A stretch of 64,000 bases of DNA from Octopus vulgaris. Its lineage: Eukaryota. Under the pieces are notes generated by a model. That model did not search any database. It saw only the letters and a list, made by a program, of their open reading frames with translations, and was not told the DNA's origin. The position numbers were made by a program, and so were the translations under genes. The stretch is from assembly GCA_951406725.2 (NCBI GenBank), contig OX597817.1, forward strand, positions 41,726,001 to 41,790,000. The letters run 5' to 3'. Positions 1 to 13,991 of this stretch are shown in pieces (position 1 is the first letter of the stretch; each line of letters opens with the position of its first letter).

Positions 1-8
1 TACGGATG

Positions 9-80
9 GCAGATATGAGAGGGTGTGGAAAAGGATAGCAGATATGAGAGGGTGTGGAAAAGGATAGCAGATATGAGAGG
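9..80. repeat. 29-bp tandem repeat, ~2.5 copies
   Basis: GCAGATATGAGAGGGTGTGGAAAAGGATA at 9 and 38, partial copy at 67. Confidence 0.9.
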
Positions 81-789
81 TGTTAATGATGAAGCATGGA
101 AAACTTAAGATGTAGCTCAGAAAGGAGGGTGAGATAACGCACTGAAAAGGAGCGATCATTGAAAGAATAGGGTGGGAAGGAGTGATAAAGGGAATGATGG
201 ATAGATGTTAATAGAAGTTCCAAGGAGAGAAAGAGGTAGCTGGTAATGCAGAAGTGGGGTGAAATGTGTACCGATTTTACTTTGAAATGATAACAGCAGC
301 TGAGTAGTGTCATAATAAGAGTGATGGAAGGATGGGTATCACACACACACACACCTAAAATTTATTTTAAAAAGGTGCCATAAAGCATTAATGGCAATCA
401 TTATCTCATTATATTCTAAAACAAAACAAAAAAAAAATAATTTCTGTTTTATATATTTCGTAAATGTAGAAATAAAAACTTTTGAGTTGAAATTATCAGC
501 CATATAAATATGAGGGTATGATGTCAGACAAACACTCATAAATGACAGTTCATTTCCTCTACAAACTATAAACATGAATGAATATTATGTTTTCTCAAAA
601 ACCTTAACTTACAAGTAACATCAACAATAAAATGTTTTCATAAATATATAAATTTTGCCAGAAAAAGTCATTCAGTAGAACATTGAGTTGGTCTTTTGTT
701 TTTTTATTATATGTTCATTGCTTGCTTTCAGCATTAAATCATTTACCCTTGATATTTAATTCTAGCTATAAAATCTCTTTCTCAAAAAC

Positions 790-1840
790 CAATTTCTAGT
801 CTGCCCATATATGACATTACTTTTTCGCTTACCAACTTGGAAGTATATTAAAGAATTATAAGATGTAATCAAACTCTTGTCATGAATAACACATATACTC
901 TTTTTGTGGGTTAACAAGGATACCATTGGTTTCATGGTGAGAAAAAATTTCTTGGCAACTATCAAGCTTGTTACATGGGACATTGGTACTCATTGTCTTA
1001 GCATGCATACACACATGTGCATATATACATATATAAGCTAGTAGAAAGACTGCCTTCTGGACAGTTTTCTGCTAGCCACTTAATATTTTCACATTTGATT
1101 CCCAATTCTAATAATTATATTTTAGATCTAATTATTTTTATGTATAACAGTGCACACTTGCTTAGTAAGTATTACTTTCATTATCTTATCACAGTCAATC
1201 TCTTTTTTTTAAACAAACATTAAGGTAGTCCAACTATGGTGGGGGAGGCAGTTTGTCAAGTTTTACCTTCCCTCAAAGCAACAGAGATTTCAATTCAGCA
1301 GACCATCTGTAAGCTTTGCACTATGAACAAACATTGTCAAAGAGACTCCCTGCATTATGTGGCTGTACAATAGACAGCACAGCCTGTTCTTGAAAATTAT
1401 CAAAACTAGCTTTCCTTGCTAATCTTTTAACAGAATTCTTCATAGTTTGAAAAAATTTTCATCTGTACTCCTGCTATAAATATTCGGTTTCATCTCTCGG
1501 CATCCTGTTTGTTGGCACTGGTGTTTCTGTTTTTATCTCGCTGAAGTTTGGAAGGCTTTCCATTTGACATTGATTATCAATAGACAACTGAACAGTCACA
1601 GATGGTGAAAGCCAACTCAGTATCTTATTTTAAAGTAGAATATTCTCCTCTCAAAATACCCTAACATGTGTAACAAACAGAATCATCCTACATCTACGTG
1701 CATATTCTTAGACATTCATTTCAGTTGCTTTGCCCTGGTTTCATCTGATTCAGTTGCCTGTCTTTGCCATTATGCCTTAGCTGCTAAATGTTCTTTTTCA
1801 GTCGAATATTTTTGGACGCCCCCAGTTGAATTGCAAAATT
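790..1840 (-). mobile_element. Decayed Helitron RepHel N-terminal region (zinc-finger part), with stops and frameshifts
   Basis: Minus-strand translation across frameshifts: GRPK.YSTEKEHLAAKA..RQATESDETRAKQL (~1720-1825); NVCS*CKAYRWSAELKS/LCCFEGKVKLDKLPPPP (~1235-1340); ITSYNSL...VIYGQ (~800-870). These match the Helitron CxxC..W..E...CC..GKVxL..LPPPP and IRxYN..IxGQ motifs. Confidence 0.7.
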
Positions 1841-2681
1841 CTAATGTGATATTTGAGTAATAATGAAATTAAACTTGGAGTGTGTGGTTTACATTACAGA
1901 AACAGCGTGTGTATATGCTTATATTAGAGAGATAGGATGTGTGTGTGTGTGAGAGAGAAAGAGGAAAGGGGGAGAGAGAGAACATTGCAAACAATGAATG
2001 AAATAAACATGAAATGAAAAAATTGTATAAATAAAAGCTCATTAAAAACTATCTTGCACCAAATATTTAAATTTGTGAACTCGAAATATTCAATAACAAA
2101 AGTTCAGAAAGTAAATTTTCCTGAAAACTTTAGTTTATAAAAAATCTCGCTTAGTAAATATTTCTTTCAGTAATTTTTCATAGTTGTAATATATCTCTAA
2201 TTTAAACAAACTTCAAGGCAATCAAACATGTTTAGTGTGCCAGAAATAGCAGTGATCACAGTTATTGTAAGGTTTATAGTGTTCCAACAAAACCACTTAA
2301 TTCTTTTTTTCTTTTTTATTATACCAGCATATTAAATTTTCATTTGATCAAAAATATTCATTTAACAAACTCTGGAAACTGATATTATTCTTGAAATTGT
2401 GCCTCATATCAAGCCTCAAAGTTATACAGCTATTTTATCTAATAGCATTCATTCATTCAATAAATAATTTTTTCATATTACATATATAGAATAAACTGTG
2501 GGGTTTTCAAATAGTGAATTAAACCTTAAAATGAAAGCATTGAAATGAATATATATTAAATTATCATTAATGAAAATAGAGGTGAGAGTGAGACAGTTGC
2601 AAATGAAAATGGAAAATTTTTGCCTGCAATGAATTAATATTGTTTATTAAACATTAAAATCTACTCCAGAGTGAATGCAAT

Positions 2682-2940
2682 ATCATCATCAGCAGCAGCA
2701 TTTAACGTCTGCTTTCCATGCTGGCATGGGATGGATGGTGTGACAGAACTGTTATGCCAGGAGGCTGCACCAGGCCCTGATCTGATTTGGCAAGGTTTCT
2801 ACAGATGGATGCCCTTCCTAACACCAACCACTCCGAGAATGTAGTGGGTGCTTTTTACATGCTACTGGCAGGGGTGCCAGTCAGGCAGCACTGGCATTGG
2901 CCACACTCAAATGGTACTTTTTATGTGCCACCAGCGCAGA
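2682..2940 (-). mobile_element. RTE-tailed SINE-like repeat
   Basis: TTTAACGTCTGCTTTCCATGCTGGCATGGG...GGATGCCCTTCCTAACACCAACCAC; same family at 25287 and 7060. Confidence 0.8.
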
Positions 2941-4057
2941 TACCAATGAAAAACTTGTACTTGAAATATTCAATAAACTTTAGAAATCAAAATTACAGGA
3001 AATTTCTTGGAACATGAATTTATAAAAAAAATTTCCAAACAGTCAAGCCTTTAATAATTGCTTTCTTTTTAATAACTGTTACATACCTAATTAATAAGCA
3101 GCTTTCTCCATTATAACACACACACACACATATATACATACATATGTATATTTGTCACAAACTATTATATTCACTACAGCCTGTCATAAATGATACTAAA
3201 CCATTCTAAATCATTCTCACAAACTATCTTAGTAATCCAGAGAGGATTTCTACTCAGAATAATAAATGATTATCTGCATGTATCCCACTTTCCATAGTAT
3301 GTACACCATATCCCTGTGTTGTAAGAGGTAATTAAAAGGGTTGGTGTCTGGAAGAACATCCAACTAAAAGTTCTGTCCAACCCATGCCAGTATGGGAAAT
3401 CAGTCATAATGATGAACCAATTATATTACTTATATTACTATAGGAGAGAGAAGAATCTAAAACAGAACCACCATTTACCCTCTGCTGTGAATAAGGGGAA
3501 TGGAATTTTAACCTTATACCCTTACAACTTGAATAAAAGTAAAGCTGACTGATCATCTATAAAACACTTATAAACAAATTAGCCAGGAAGAAACAACTAA
3601 AATGCGACAGTAGTAGTAAACAAGTGAACTTTGTAAGAATATTTACAGAAATGTAATCAACTAATTTATCTCATTAACACAACTAAGATTACAAAGGCTG
3701 TATCTTGTTTCACTCTTGGATGCTCTCCATATGCCAATATAACTCAGACACTCTTCCAATAAACTCAATTGTCCTCAAAGGACTCTAGAATGTTTTGACA
3801 ATCATATTGTCAACGTTCCAACATTCCAGCAATAAAAATCTTTTACAGAAATTTCGATTTCTGCTTGATCTTCCTTAATAGCTATTTCTTTTATCGCTAA
3901 TCTTTCTCTAATGTGGCTATTACAATTGTTGGAGAAGTTTGGAATATCTTGACCTTCATTACACTACCATACAAAACAGTTCGCAGAATTTGTGAAATCT
4001 TTCACTGCTTACACTATCCGCAAAGTTCCTCTGTATTGGTTAGCATTCTTTTATTTA

Positions 4058-4402
4058 GTTGTTTCAGTCAGACTGCCCTTGCTGGAGCACTGCCTTGAGG
4101 AATTTGGTCAAATGAATCAACCTCAGTATTCATTTTTTCTTTTAAGATTGACACATACTATCGGCCTCTTTTGCTGAACTGTTAAATTACAGGGATGTAA
4201 ACATACTAGTACCAGTTGTCAAGTGATGGTAGGAGACAAAGACACACATACAAGCTTCTTTTAGTTTTTCTCTACCAAATCCACTCAAAGCCTTGGTTGG
4301 TCTGAGGCTATAATAGACACTCACCCAAAGTACCACACAGTGGGACTGAACCCCAAATCTCATGATTGGGGAAAAAAAATTAGCATAGAGCCATACCTGT
4401 AC
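4058..4402 (-). mobile_element. tRNA-derived SINE, family A, diverged copy
   Basis: Collinear with the reverse complement of the young copy at 19959-20380. Confidence 0.8.
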
Positions 4403-4759
4403 CTATCACTCTTTCAGCAAAGGTTATGGACACTATTCCCCTTCCAGTATTATTTCTTTTTTAAACCACTCAAAATTTACTTAAATTCCAAGAAAATATT
4501 AAGAGTATTTAACAGCTAAAGTAAATCTTACACTTTTTATCCATTATGAATTTTATTCCATCAATCTAACAATACCTTAATAGTGATGTGCTGTTTTTAT
4601 ACCAATATAAATATAACTAATTAGTTCACTTAACTACCTTTTTACTTCTGATAGTTATTGTTGCTGTTAGGTAACAAAAAAAATTTTTTTTTTAAGTCAA
4701 AACTCATGCTGATTCCATAAAAAATCTCAAAAGCATCCATCAATGGGTATATACCAATC

Positions 4760-5500
4760 TTGTCTCAACAGCAAGAAAACATGTGACTCATCAAGAAAAT
4801 ATAGCACTGCAACCTCTTTACTCATGAGAACTTAGCTAGACTCCTTAAAAATCTCTTTAGAAGTCAAATCTTCTCATTATCAATCATTTCTCTTGTGATA
4901 GCACATCCTTAACATTTCCAGGATTACATCCCAAATACTGAGCTTTTTTTTTCAGGGTCATAAGGTGCTTCAACTCCATCAGTTATCGATACCCTATAGA
5001 GCTCTCGGTTCAGATGAGGAGCACAATGGATTTTTGCTCTTACATCTGTGAAGGTGGCACACAGTCATCCTAAACAGCATCCCAAATAAAAAAAAAATAA
5101 TTTTAAAAAAAAAGGAAAATGTCAACTTGACTGATAGGCATAAAGTCACTCAGACATAATCTAACTTCTAGCCTACAAGGCTTTTTGTGTTTGTTTGTTT
5201 TTTCTGCTGCTCTTCTAATGGCCTCTGTTCTTCATGGCTGGCTATGTTCATGCCATCCCTACTCAAGTATTCCCAACCTACTAGTCCCACCTCTCATTTT
5301 TGCTTTGTCCAACCTTCCAGTCCTACACTAATCTCTACACCCAGTTGTTCCATCCTAGAATATCTTCCCTCTGGAATTCCTTGAAGATTTATATCTTTCA
5401 TGCAGTTATTGACTTACAAAGGTTCAAGAGGAACATTAATAATGTCCTCACCACCAGTCAGGGAGCTCTTATTACAAGACATATGCACTGCCTCTTCCTC
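4760..5500 (+). mobile_element. 3' remnant of a Jockey/CR1/L2-group LINE (RT C-terminus)
   Basis: Degenerate QMRSTMDFCSYI, NGLCSSWLAMFMP and TNLYTQLFHPRISSLWNSL...DLQRFKRNIN, matching typical YKAQIRPxMEYCSHIW / SFFPRTxxLWNSLP motifs. Confidence 0.7.
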
Positions 5501-6052
5501 CAGATCCCACAAGTAAAATATGCTTATTGTCTTCAGTATCAATGTTAAAGCTCCAAATGAAATAATTCCTCATATGGGAATTCTAAAAGACTATTCTTAA
5601 AGGTATTCTCCACAAAAATATATAGTATGTCACAGGTTTCCTGAAAATTTCTTTTCATTCATTAATGCTAAGTCAAATCAAAGATGATTAGTTTTTTTTA
5701 TTCATTCTTAAAATGTTATAAAACTCAATGAACTTTGTTAGACTTCTAATTTTCTTTCATGCAAATCTTTCTGACATTTAATGTAACAATGAATGAAATA
5801 AACTTCCAAAAACCAGTTAGTTTAAATAGAAAAGTTGAAACATTAAAGTCTGAGTTAGCAATAAATACAGTAATAAAGAGGTATGTTAATAACTTTAAAA
5901 AAATTAGTTAAAGAGATGAAACTATTAAGAAATGCCATCAGCAAATAAAATTTTAAGGAAGGAAAAGCAGATAAACAAGAAAGAAATAGCAAATTAAAAA
6001 TGAAATCATATTGCATAATAACAGACTTTATATATACATACATACATACACG

Positions 6053-6055
<3 letters not shown>

Positions 6056-6110
<55 letters not shown>

Positions 6111-6190
6111 AAGAAAGAAAGAGAAAGAGAGAGAAAGAAAGAGAAAGAGAAAGAGAGAAAGAGAAAGAGAGAAAGAGAAAGAGAGAGAGA
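6056..6190. repeat. (GA)n / GAAA compound microsatellite
   Basis: Direct; it generates the ERER/SLSL artefact ORFs. Confidence 0.95.
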
Positions 6191-7059
6191 TTCTGAGGAG
6201 GTTGTGTTTGCAGACATTTTCTTGCAGGCAAGATTAGTTTTATACTAACTATCCTGTTCATCACTTCTGAATTCTAATGAATCAAAGATCATAGCTTCAA
6301 TTCTCAAAACCTTCATTTAAACTGAGAATACTATTTCAAGCTCAGATTTGCAGAGTCATGGAATAAACTAACCATTTTAGTTGTTAGCTGTTGCAAAACT
6401 TCTGTTTCTCCCAAATTTACCAACACTACTTTTGACATACCTATACACCTTTCCTCTCCATAAGCTCACTTTTCTGTTTTCTTATGTTATAGCCTGGGTG
6501 CCTCCCATACACTTTTGTTTATCAGTGCTTTCTCTTATTGCTGTTTTCTGTTCTCTCTTTTATCTACTTAAGTTCAATTTTAGTTCACCTGAGCACTGTA
6601 TACAATAATCTGATTATTATCATTTAATGCCATTACATTTCATATTGTATATGAACAATATGCTTGGACTATCACCTTAAAGAATCTTAGAGTCAACCTG
6701 GATTCCTAGACTGACCTATTATCATTTGGATGTAGCGTCATAGTGTGTGTGATGATGATGATATATATATATATGAGTTCATTGAAAATATTTGTTTAAA
6801 GCCATTTCTTTCAACAGTTGAAAGTCTCTTGTAGTTTTGTTTTGATGTGGGTGACATAGACTTAAACCATTACACAATTTAACATCAACTAGTTGCAGGC
6901 ATTCAAGCCAAGTCTCCAGGTGGAGGACAGCATTTTTTTTTCTATTCACCTGTGTCAGAGGCCCTGAAAAGCATAATGAGCACTGGCTTTCTTCCTCTGA
7001 CTATATTTTCCAACTGGAGTAACTTTGTATCTCCCTACAGCAAAATACCTGTTCTTGTC

Positions 7060-7342
7060 TATCAAATTTCAACCTCTCATCACCTGGCATAAAGCCACCT
7101 CTCTCAATACTACTCTGCCCTCAGTTGAGGGGGTCCTGCCTTTTAGTTTTACTTGGTGACCCTACTAATATTGGTGCCATGTAAAAAGCACCTAGGACAC
7201 TAAGGTGGTTGGCATTAGGAAGAGCATCCAACCATAGTAATCATGCCAAAGCTGACATTGGAATTTGGTACAGTCCTCTGGTTCCCTAGCTCGTTCAACT
7301 GTCCAACCCATACCAGCATAGAAAACAGATGGTGGTAATGAT
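7060..7342 (+). mobile_element. RTE-tailed SINE-like repeat
   Basis: GGTGGTTGGCATTAGGAAGAGCATCCA...CCAACCCATACCAGCATAGAAAACAGA. Confidence 0.7.
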
Positions 7343-7349
7343 ATATATT

Positions 7350-8050
7350 GTGGTAAATCATAAAGCAAAATCTATGAGAGCCAAATCAACTGATTCTCAA
7401 AATAATATTGCAAAACAGGCCAGTGTAATGTTATTAGAACAATAACAGTTGTTAGTTATGAAATATGAAGATGCTTCCTACATCTTAATGATTCCCTCAG
7501 GCATGAGGATGATATAAGTAGCTGCACCTAATTCCAAAATTTCTGAGGTTATTACAGCCATTTCCTATTAACTTCAGTAATCAAGCATAAATAAAATTTA
7601 ATTTATTACACCAACACAAAACATTTTCGTTACTAATATAGCCATGCTAAAAAAAATGTCTATTTTAATCCTTTTATGTATGGAAATATTTTTCTATGTC
7701 ATTATTTTTTTCTTTTTAATAATTTTCCTCTAAATCTGGATTATTTCAGCTGCATTTTCCATCATTGTAAGGATTATATTTTTATTCATAAAAAATATAT
7801 TTTAAGACAGAACAGGCAGGTATTAATTACATCAAAGAGATTTTGCAAGCTATCACAGTTCTGTTGTCACTCCTCGATTAGATGGTGTTTCTGCAACAGT
7901 AATTCTATATATGTTGGTATTTATAAAGCAATCCAATTCGAGAGACTATGAACTACCACTATCCCTGCAGTGAATTCATGGAAAAAGAGAAGTCTTCTGT
8001 ATTCTATATTCTTTCAAGAGTAGTCTGCTCTATCCACAGAACAATGGATT
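7350..8050 (-). mobile_element. Highly decayed Helitron PIF1-like helicase fragment
   Basis: Minus-strand fragments in the expected order: SVDR, AGIVVV, PDLEENY, MAILVTK..CVGVIN*IL.ML, LELGAA; compare Helitron helicase DR/FGG.VV/PDL..NY/RAILAPxN..V..IN/LKVGAP. Confidence 0.45.
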
Positions 8051-9899
8051 AGAGGATTCTGTAGAGCATGTAACAAAATACTTAGTTTATAAATACATTT
8101 CTTCACTTCTGCTAAGGTGAGACTTGGCCTTTCATCCCCCCAGAGTCAATAAATACAGTTCCAATTAAAATAAAAAAAAAAAAAAACAGTTGATTTAATC
8201 TTATCTAATTTCCCCCAAAATGTCTGACTATGTCTAAGAAATCTACAGAAATCCAACAACTGCACTGGCAAATACACGTCTAAATTACCTAAACTTTAGT
8301 AACTCTCTCAGAGATAAAACAAAATCTTTGTACCTGGTTTGTAGATATGAAAACCTTACATATTCTTCCAGGAAGCTTTTCATCTAACATTTTCTATTGA
8401 AAATTAATTCTAGTACTTTATCCAAGCTATCTACACTTTTACAGCCCGTTCCTTCTAAGACAAAGACACCAAAGACTTTACTTAGATTAATAGCCTTTCA
8501 AACATTTTTATCTCATGCTCATAAATTACTAACCAAAGGACTACTGGCATCCTTCATGTTTCTCAGCTATTCTTGGAGATAGAACATTTACTTGAAAAAC
8601 ATGCATTATTTCGAATACTTTGATGTTAATATGACTTGTTACTGATTTGTGCACTTTGTAACAGTCATTTTCTACAGCTTTCAAGTTGTTTATTCCTAGC
8701 ATTCTTCTGTAATTCCATTTGGTTCAAATAACTATATTTAATAAATATGCATGCATGCATATCTATCTATCTATAAATATATATATATATATATATAAAA
8801 TCAATATTTGTGTAAATGCTTTTACTCGAGTCAGTTGTCTATAGTTGTGGATAATCCACTCTACTAAGCTACTATAAAACTACGGATAAGTGACTATTTT
8901 ACATGGTTCTGAGAATAAGATAGTAAATCACATTAACAGAGAAGCTATTTTCAGTTCTCTTAACTTTTTCAGTATCAACCTACATGAAATTGGACACTAA
9001 AATATTTGTATTAAGATTTCACTGGAAATTTCCATTATAACATGAATAATAAGATTTTAGCTGCTCAAACACATTACAAATAAATAGAGATTTTACTAAG
9101 GTATTCTAAAATCTTTATTATGAAAATTGAGACTCATTAGAAAGATAGTCAATAAAGGGTTAACAGGTTTTCAAGAGCAAAATTTCTTATTAATCCTTTC
9201 GCAATTAATTTTCTGTCTTAATCTGGAAAATAATGAATATGCAAGTGCTTAGTTAAAATAAGCTATCTTTTAATTATTGGACTGGTGTCTGCCTGAACAT
9301 GCCAAAATGTCCTAACATTAAAAAAAAAAAATATCGGCTTTAATTCAATCCATTTTTATAGATTATTTTGGTAGAATCCTTAGAGTCCTTAATATTAGGT
9401 TTTAATTTAAATATAATTTAAATGAGAAGTTTTGTATTAGGCAGTCAAAAGCAGGTTAGTGTTAAATGTTAATCAAGCCACGACATCTTGTAGTGTTAAG
9501 TAATTAATCAAATCACATCTTATGAATAATGCTGGGTTTCACCTCTTACAATTTGTCTTACACAGCTGACTTTATGATTATATTTTCTATGCATTCCCCT
9601 ACATTTTCTTCCAAGTTACCAGTTGATTTCTAATTCCAACTGAAAGGATTTTTCTAACTGAAAGCTGCTTAAAAATGCGAGCAATTACTTCCATTAATTT
9701 ATTACCTTACTGAATCTTACAAAAGCTTTTAGTCAGCAATATATAAAAAATTATTTCTGAATTAAGAGGGGCTTAAATGCAAATTAGATTTTTGTTTAAA
9801 AAACAAAAATTGTCACAAATATCAACTAATGTTAGATTTTTGCTGTAAATAGTAAGGTTATCTTATAAAGATGGAGTTTGATTTTTTGCCAATCTTGTT

Positions 9900-10145
9900 C
9901 AGTATGTTGTGCATATCATACAAGTTCTGCATTTTGTCATACAAAAATTCAGTCTGTCTAAGAGGACCTTGAGGACAAAAGGAGATTGAGAAATGATCAG
10001 GACACAGCAGCTATGAAACTAGAACAGAATTTCCATAGCAACCACTGCAGCCTGGCCTGCTTGTCACATATTTGTCTTGTTAGGCACCAATATGTCTACA
10101 GTCAATGTGGACAGACTCCTTTGTGAATCTTCATTTGGAAAGCTT
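9900..10145 (+). mobile_element. RTE/BovB-like LINE 3' end remnant
   Basis: FHSNHCSLACLSHICLVRH resembles the C-terminal F.C..C.R.C.S.IGL.SH zinc finger. Confidence 0.5.
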
Positions 10146-12647
10146 TGATAAAGAAGGCCGAATGGCTTAAATTCACCTTCGCAGGATTTGAATTCAGAAT
10201 TTAAAGACCTGGAACAAATGTTGTATGGCATTTTTCTGGCATTCTAATAATTCTGCCAATACACCACTCTTATATAGAATGTAATTAAGTTCATTTTATT
10301 CTATATTACTCCTTCGCTACAACATTTCTTCACAGTCAAATGAGTATGAAACAAATATTCCAACTCAAAACTATTGAACAAAAATATGGAAATTTTATGC
10401 ACACACACACATATATACATACACCTATGTATAATGTATAAACACAAGTATATGCAAATGACAGATGAGTGGGTGAGAGTGATTGTGCATTGTACACACA
10501 TACACACACAAAGAAAATGTCATTAATAGTTGTATAAAAACTGTTGCCTTTGAAGAAAACAGAAGATAACATGGTGGATAATAAGGTCCAAAATTCTCTG
10601 TACATAGAAAAAAGAAAATGAAATGCAGGATGGCCATGGCTAGAATGCTTTTGATCACAGATGTGCTTAATCAAAGCTGACAACAGAAGATGGAAGACTA
10701 GTAAAGAAAAGGTTAAGATCAGTAAGAAATATCATTAAAAAGGAATGAGTATGTTAACTTGAGGTAAATTACAAGGAAAAGTGAAAGCTGGAGATGATTA
10801 AATGTAGATAAGAATGAAAAAAAAATATATGTCTAGGTTGCGACAAACCTGAAATCAATGTCATACCTTTTATCAGGCGTTTGTTCTTTATCTTCGTTTC
10901 TGAAGTTATTAAATAAAAAAGAATAAAAGTTACGTTACCATATAATTTATCTCTCAGCTTTTCCAAGAGTTTCTGTAGCCTTATCAATATCGTCGATATA
11001 TATATATTTATATATGTATGTATATATAAATGAAATGTGTAGTCGTACCCATGAATGTGTGTGCATAAATGCACACACAATTTCTGTTATCTCATACTGG
11101 CAAAATGAGCATATTCTTGTTAACAGATGCATGGCCTCCTTAGCAGCAACAACTGAGGAAAGACTAGGCAGTAAAGAAGATATATATAATGTGATTGATG
11201 GCAATGGCTTTTAGTTTTTTGGTTGTTTTGGCTTCAAGCCTCAAGCCAAGCCAGTGTGCCACTGCCACAAACCAGCTGATTGTCTATCTGCTGCTTCGTC
11301 ATCGGGCATGCACAGTTGCATCAGAGTCAACCTTCCTACTTTCTTCAAACTGGCAGCATTGGCAAAGCACCCAGGTGACTAAAACAAAGTGACACGATGC
11401 ACCTATCTGAGCACATCCCTTCCTTGCACCAGCCAACATCAAATGTTAAGTCTGCTTTGTCAGGATAAACCTGGAGCTAATCACAAATGGAAGATATGCC
11501 ACGAAATGTTTGTGGGTATAGCTTATCTCAGACAACAATAACCCTTCGCAGGAATATAGAGCACCTTCAATTTATCACTGTTATAGAAAATTTATGAGAG
11601 AGAATAAAAATGAGGAATATGATCCATACGACCCTAAAGCCTTGTTTATGAGATATGACAAAATGGGCAAAATAAGTCATGAGGCTTAAATGGGTTAAAA
11701 GACATTCATGAAGGATTACAATGAAAATGAAATGCATACAAAAATACAAATTACAATTTAAAATCACAATCAATAAAGTTATTTGCAAACAGTTTGTAGC
11801 AAGTCGTCAAAAGAAGCATTATTGAAAATTAGTCAAAAAGAAAAGGCTATTTCTGTTAAATGGAATTATTTCTTCTTAAATCTTTGAATGGACATGGTAC
11901 TATTGCTCAGTTTAAGCACCGAGGCCTGGCTCTTTGGTTCTTTCAGTTGTACCAGGTCCCCAATCTGAGGATAACTGGATACCTTGATGCACTGCTCCCA
12001 AATTCAGCAACATACCAATCCTTTGTTTCCTACCAACACCCAGCAGTCTTGGAGAGTAGTGCCCATGATTCTTTTTGTTGTTCTTCCATTTTCTCTGGCA
12101 GAACAGGGGGTGGGGACAAAACAAAATGAGAACATGCCTAAATTTTGATACTTCTATGAGGCTGATCAAAGCCTTGCAGGTCAATTTAGTAGTTGGAGAC
12201 AGAAAAAAGCCAGAGAGGAGTGAGGGAGGGGTACACCCTTGTCTTGAAATCATGTGATGACTATACAAGCACCATGAATGATCACACAAGCTATGTTCAT
12301 TTCCAATCTTTTATGAAATACATGTCTGGCCAAAGGGAAATATTACCTTACTTTTTGTCTATGTATCACTATACCCAATGAACACTTCCCTTATAATTGC
12401 TGGTAGGATGTGATTTGAAGATTTGGTTGCTATTTCGAGTAGGTCAAGCAGCTACATATGGAAAGTGTTGATGTTGTTCTCATAAATTATATGTAAATTC
12501 AGATACATGTTTGAAGCCAAGTGGATACCTTAACCGATCAACCAATTTTACCATTTCTACTTAGTTTAAAACATTACTGCTATCCATTGTAGGATTATAT
12601 GAAGTGCAGAAATTGAAAAACAATTTTAAAAATTGAGAAATTCATAA

Positions 12648-13040
12648 TCTCCATATATATGTAAAGCTGAAGTTGTCTGTATATGGCAGGTTTGGTAGCC
12701 TTCAACAAACACTATCTCCTCCGAGACCCTGCAGCACAAGTTGACCAAAATTGAGAGTATGATAGAAGGCTTGCTCTTCCTTCCGTAGAAAAAAAAATTC
12801 AAATCGGACCATGTTATCACCAAAAATTATTTACATCAAAAAGGTGCTTTTTTTCTATGAAAATCCCTATTTTTTACAATTTTTTTTACTGCTGTGTCGC
12901 CATTTTTTGGTGTATTTCAACCAGAAAATTGTTCACTTAAAGGCAATAACAAGCTACATAATGCAAATTTTTTTCCTTTTCAAAAATTCCAATTCTAAAG
13001 GGTCGAAACAAACCCGAGCAACGCCGGGCAATACTGCTAA
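12648..13040 (+). mobile_element. Non-autonomous Helitron
   Basis: 5' A|TC followed by TCCATATATAT..AAAGCTGAAG; 3' GC hairpin CCCGAGCAACGCCGGG followed by CTAA (CTRR); no TSD. Confidence 0.8.
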
Positions 13041-13772
13041 CATACAATAAAGCAGAAGCTTTGCTATAAAGCTAGCTTGGTGTAGTTATTTAGTTAAATG
13101 ATCTTAGTAGCTCACACAAACAATATTTGCCTGCAGCCTTTTCATTATTTTCATAATCGGGAGACAAATATCCTATAAATTAGGAGCAATTTATTACGGA
13201 ATAATACCCATTGATAGATTATGAACCAAGTTGTTATTGAGTAGCTTGGTCAGCCTTGAACAAATAGATCATACAAGACTGAGACAATCAACTGAATGCT
13301 TCAGGCAAAACTAAGGTTCCTCATATCAGACATGCTTGATTCAACTTCACTTAAGCTCACATTACATACTTATACACTATGACTTTATTTTGCAGGGGTT
13401 ATACACAAAGTCAAACAGGATTGAATGCTCTAGCAATTCAACCAATAACTACACTACTGAACGCTTATTTCATTTCCATATAGTCCTTCACTGTTTTTCA
13501 CAAATAACATATGTCATTATGCTTGTATTCTTCCCTATTTCACTGAATACAATAACAGCAAACCCTGTTTTCTTCTAACTTTTACAAAGATTGAGAAATG
13601 AACAATAATTTTTCTGTCACCTTGGATCTAACTTAATGATGGATACAACATATAGCCCATTAAGAGATTTGTGCAGAATTGTCCCAGCATTCCAAAACTA
13701 ACAATAGTTGAAGGGTCACTGTTCCTCACACAATTGTGACTTTTGGAGGTTCACACTCATATTTGCCATTAA

Positions 13773-13991
13773 ACCTTCAGCATTTAAACTGGCCAAATCT
13801 AGTTTAAGTATTCTACTTGTCTTGTGTTCAAATCAGCTAGATCCAGCCTCTCACACCAACCCTACAATGTCATTTTAAAAAATAAATAACCACATCACTA
13901 AAATTTCAAAGCTAGGAGGTAATGGATGATTAGTTAAAAACAATGAATAAATAAACATTACATTTGCAAGAGTAATCTGAATGCTAAAGGA
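13773..13991. mobile_element. piggyBac-like MITE
   Basis: TTAA on both sides; termini ACCTTCAGCAT / ATGCTAAAGGA; second copy at 56155-56364. Confidence 0.7.

Noticed and set aside
762-983. Minus-strand ORF with TTG|GTAAGC donor as an exon
   Set aside because: Better explained as a continuation of the Helitron remnant
5855-6264. ORFs rich in ER/SL repeats
   Set aside because: Translations of a (GA)n microsatellite
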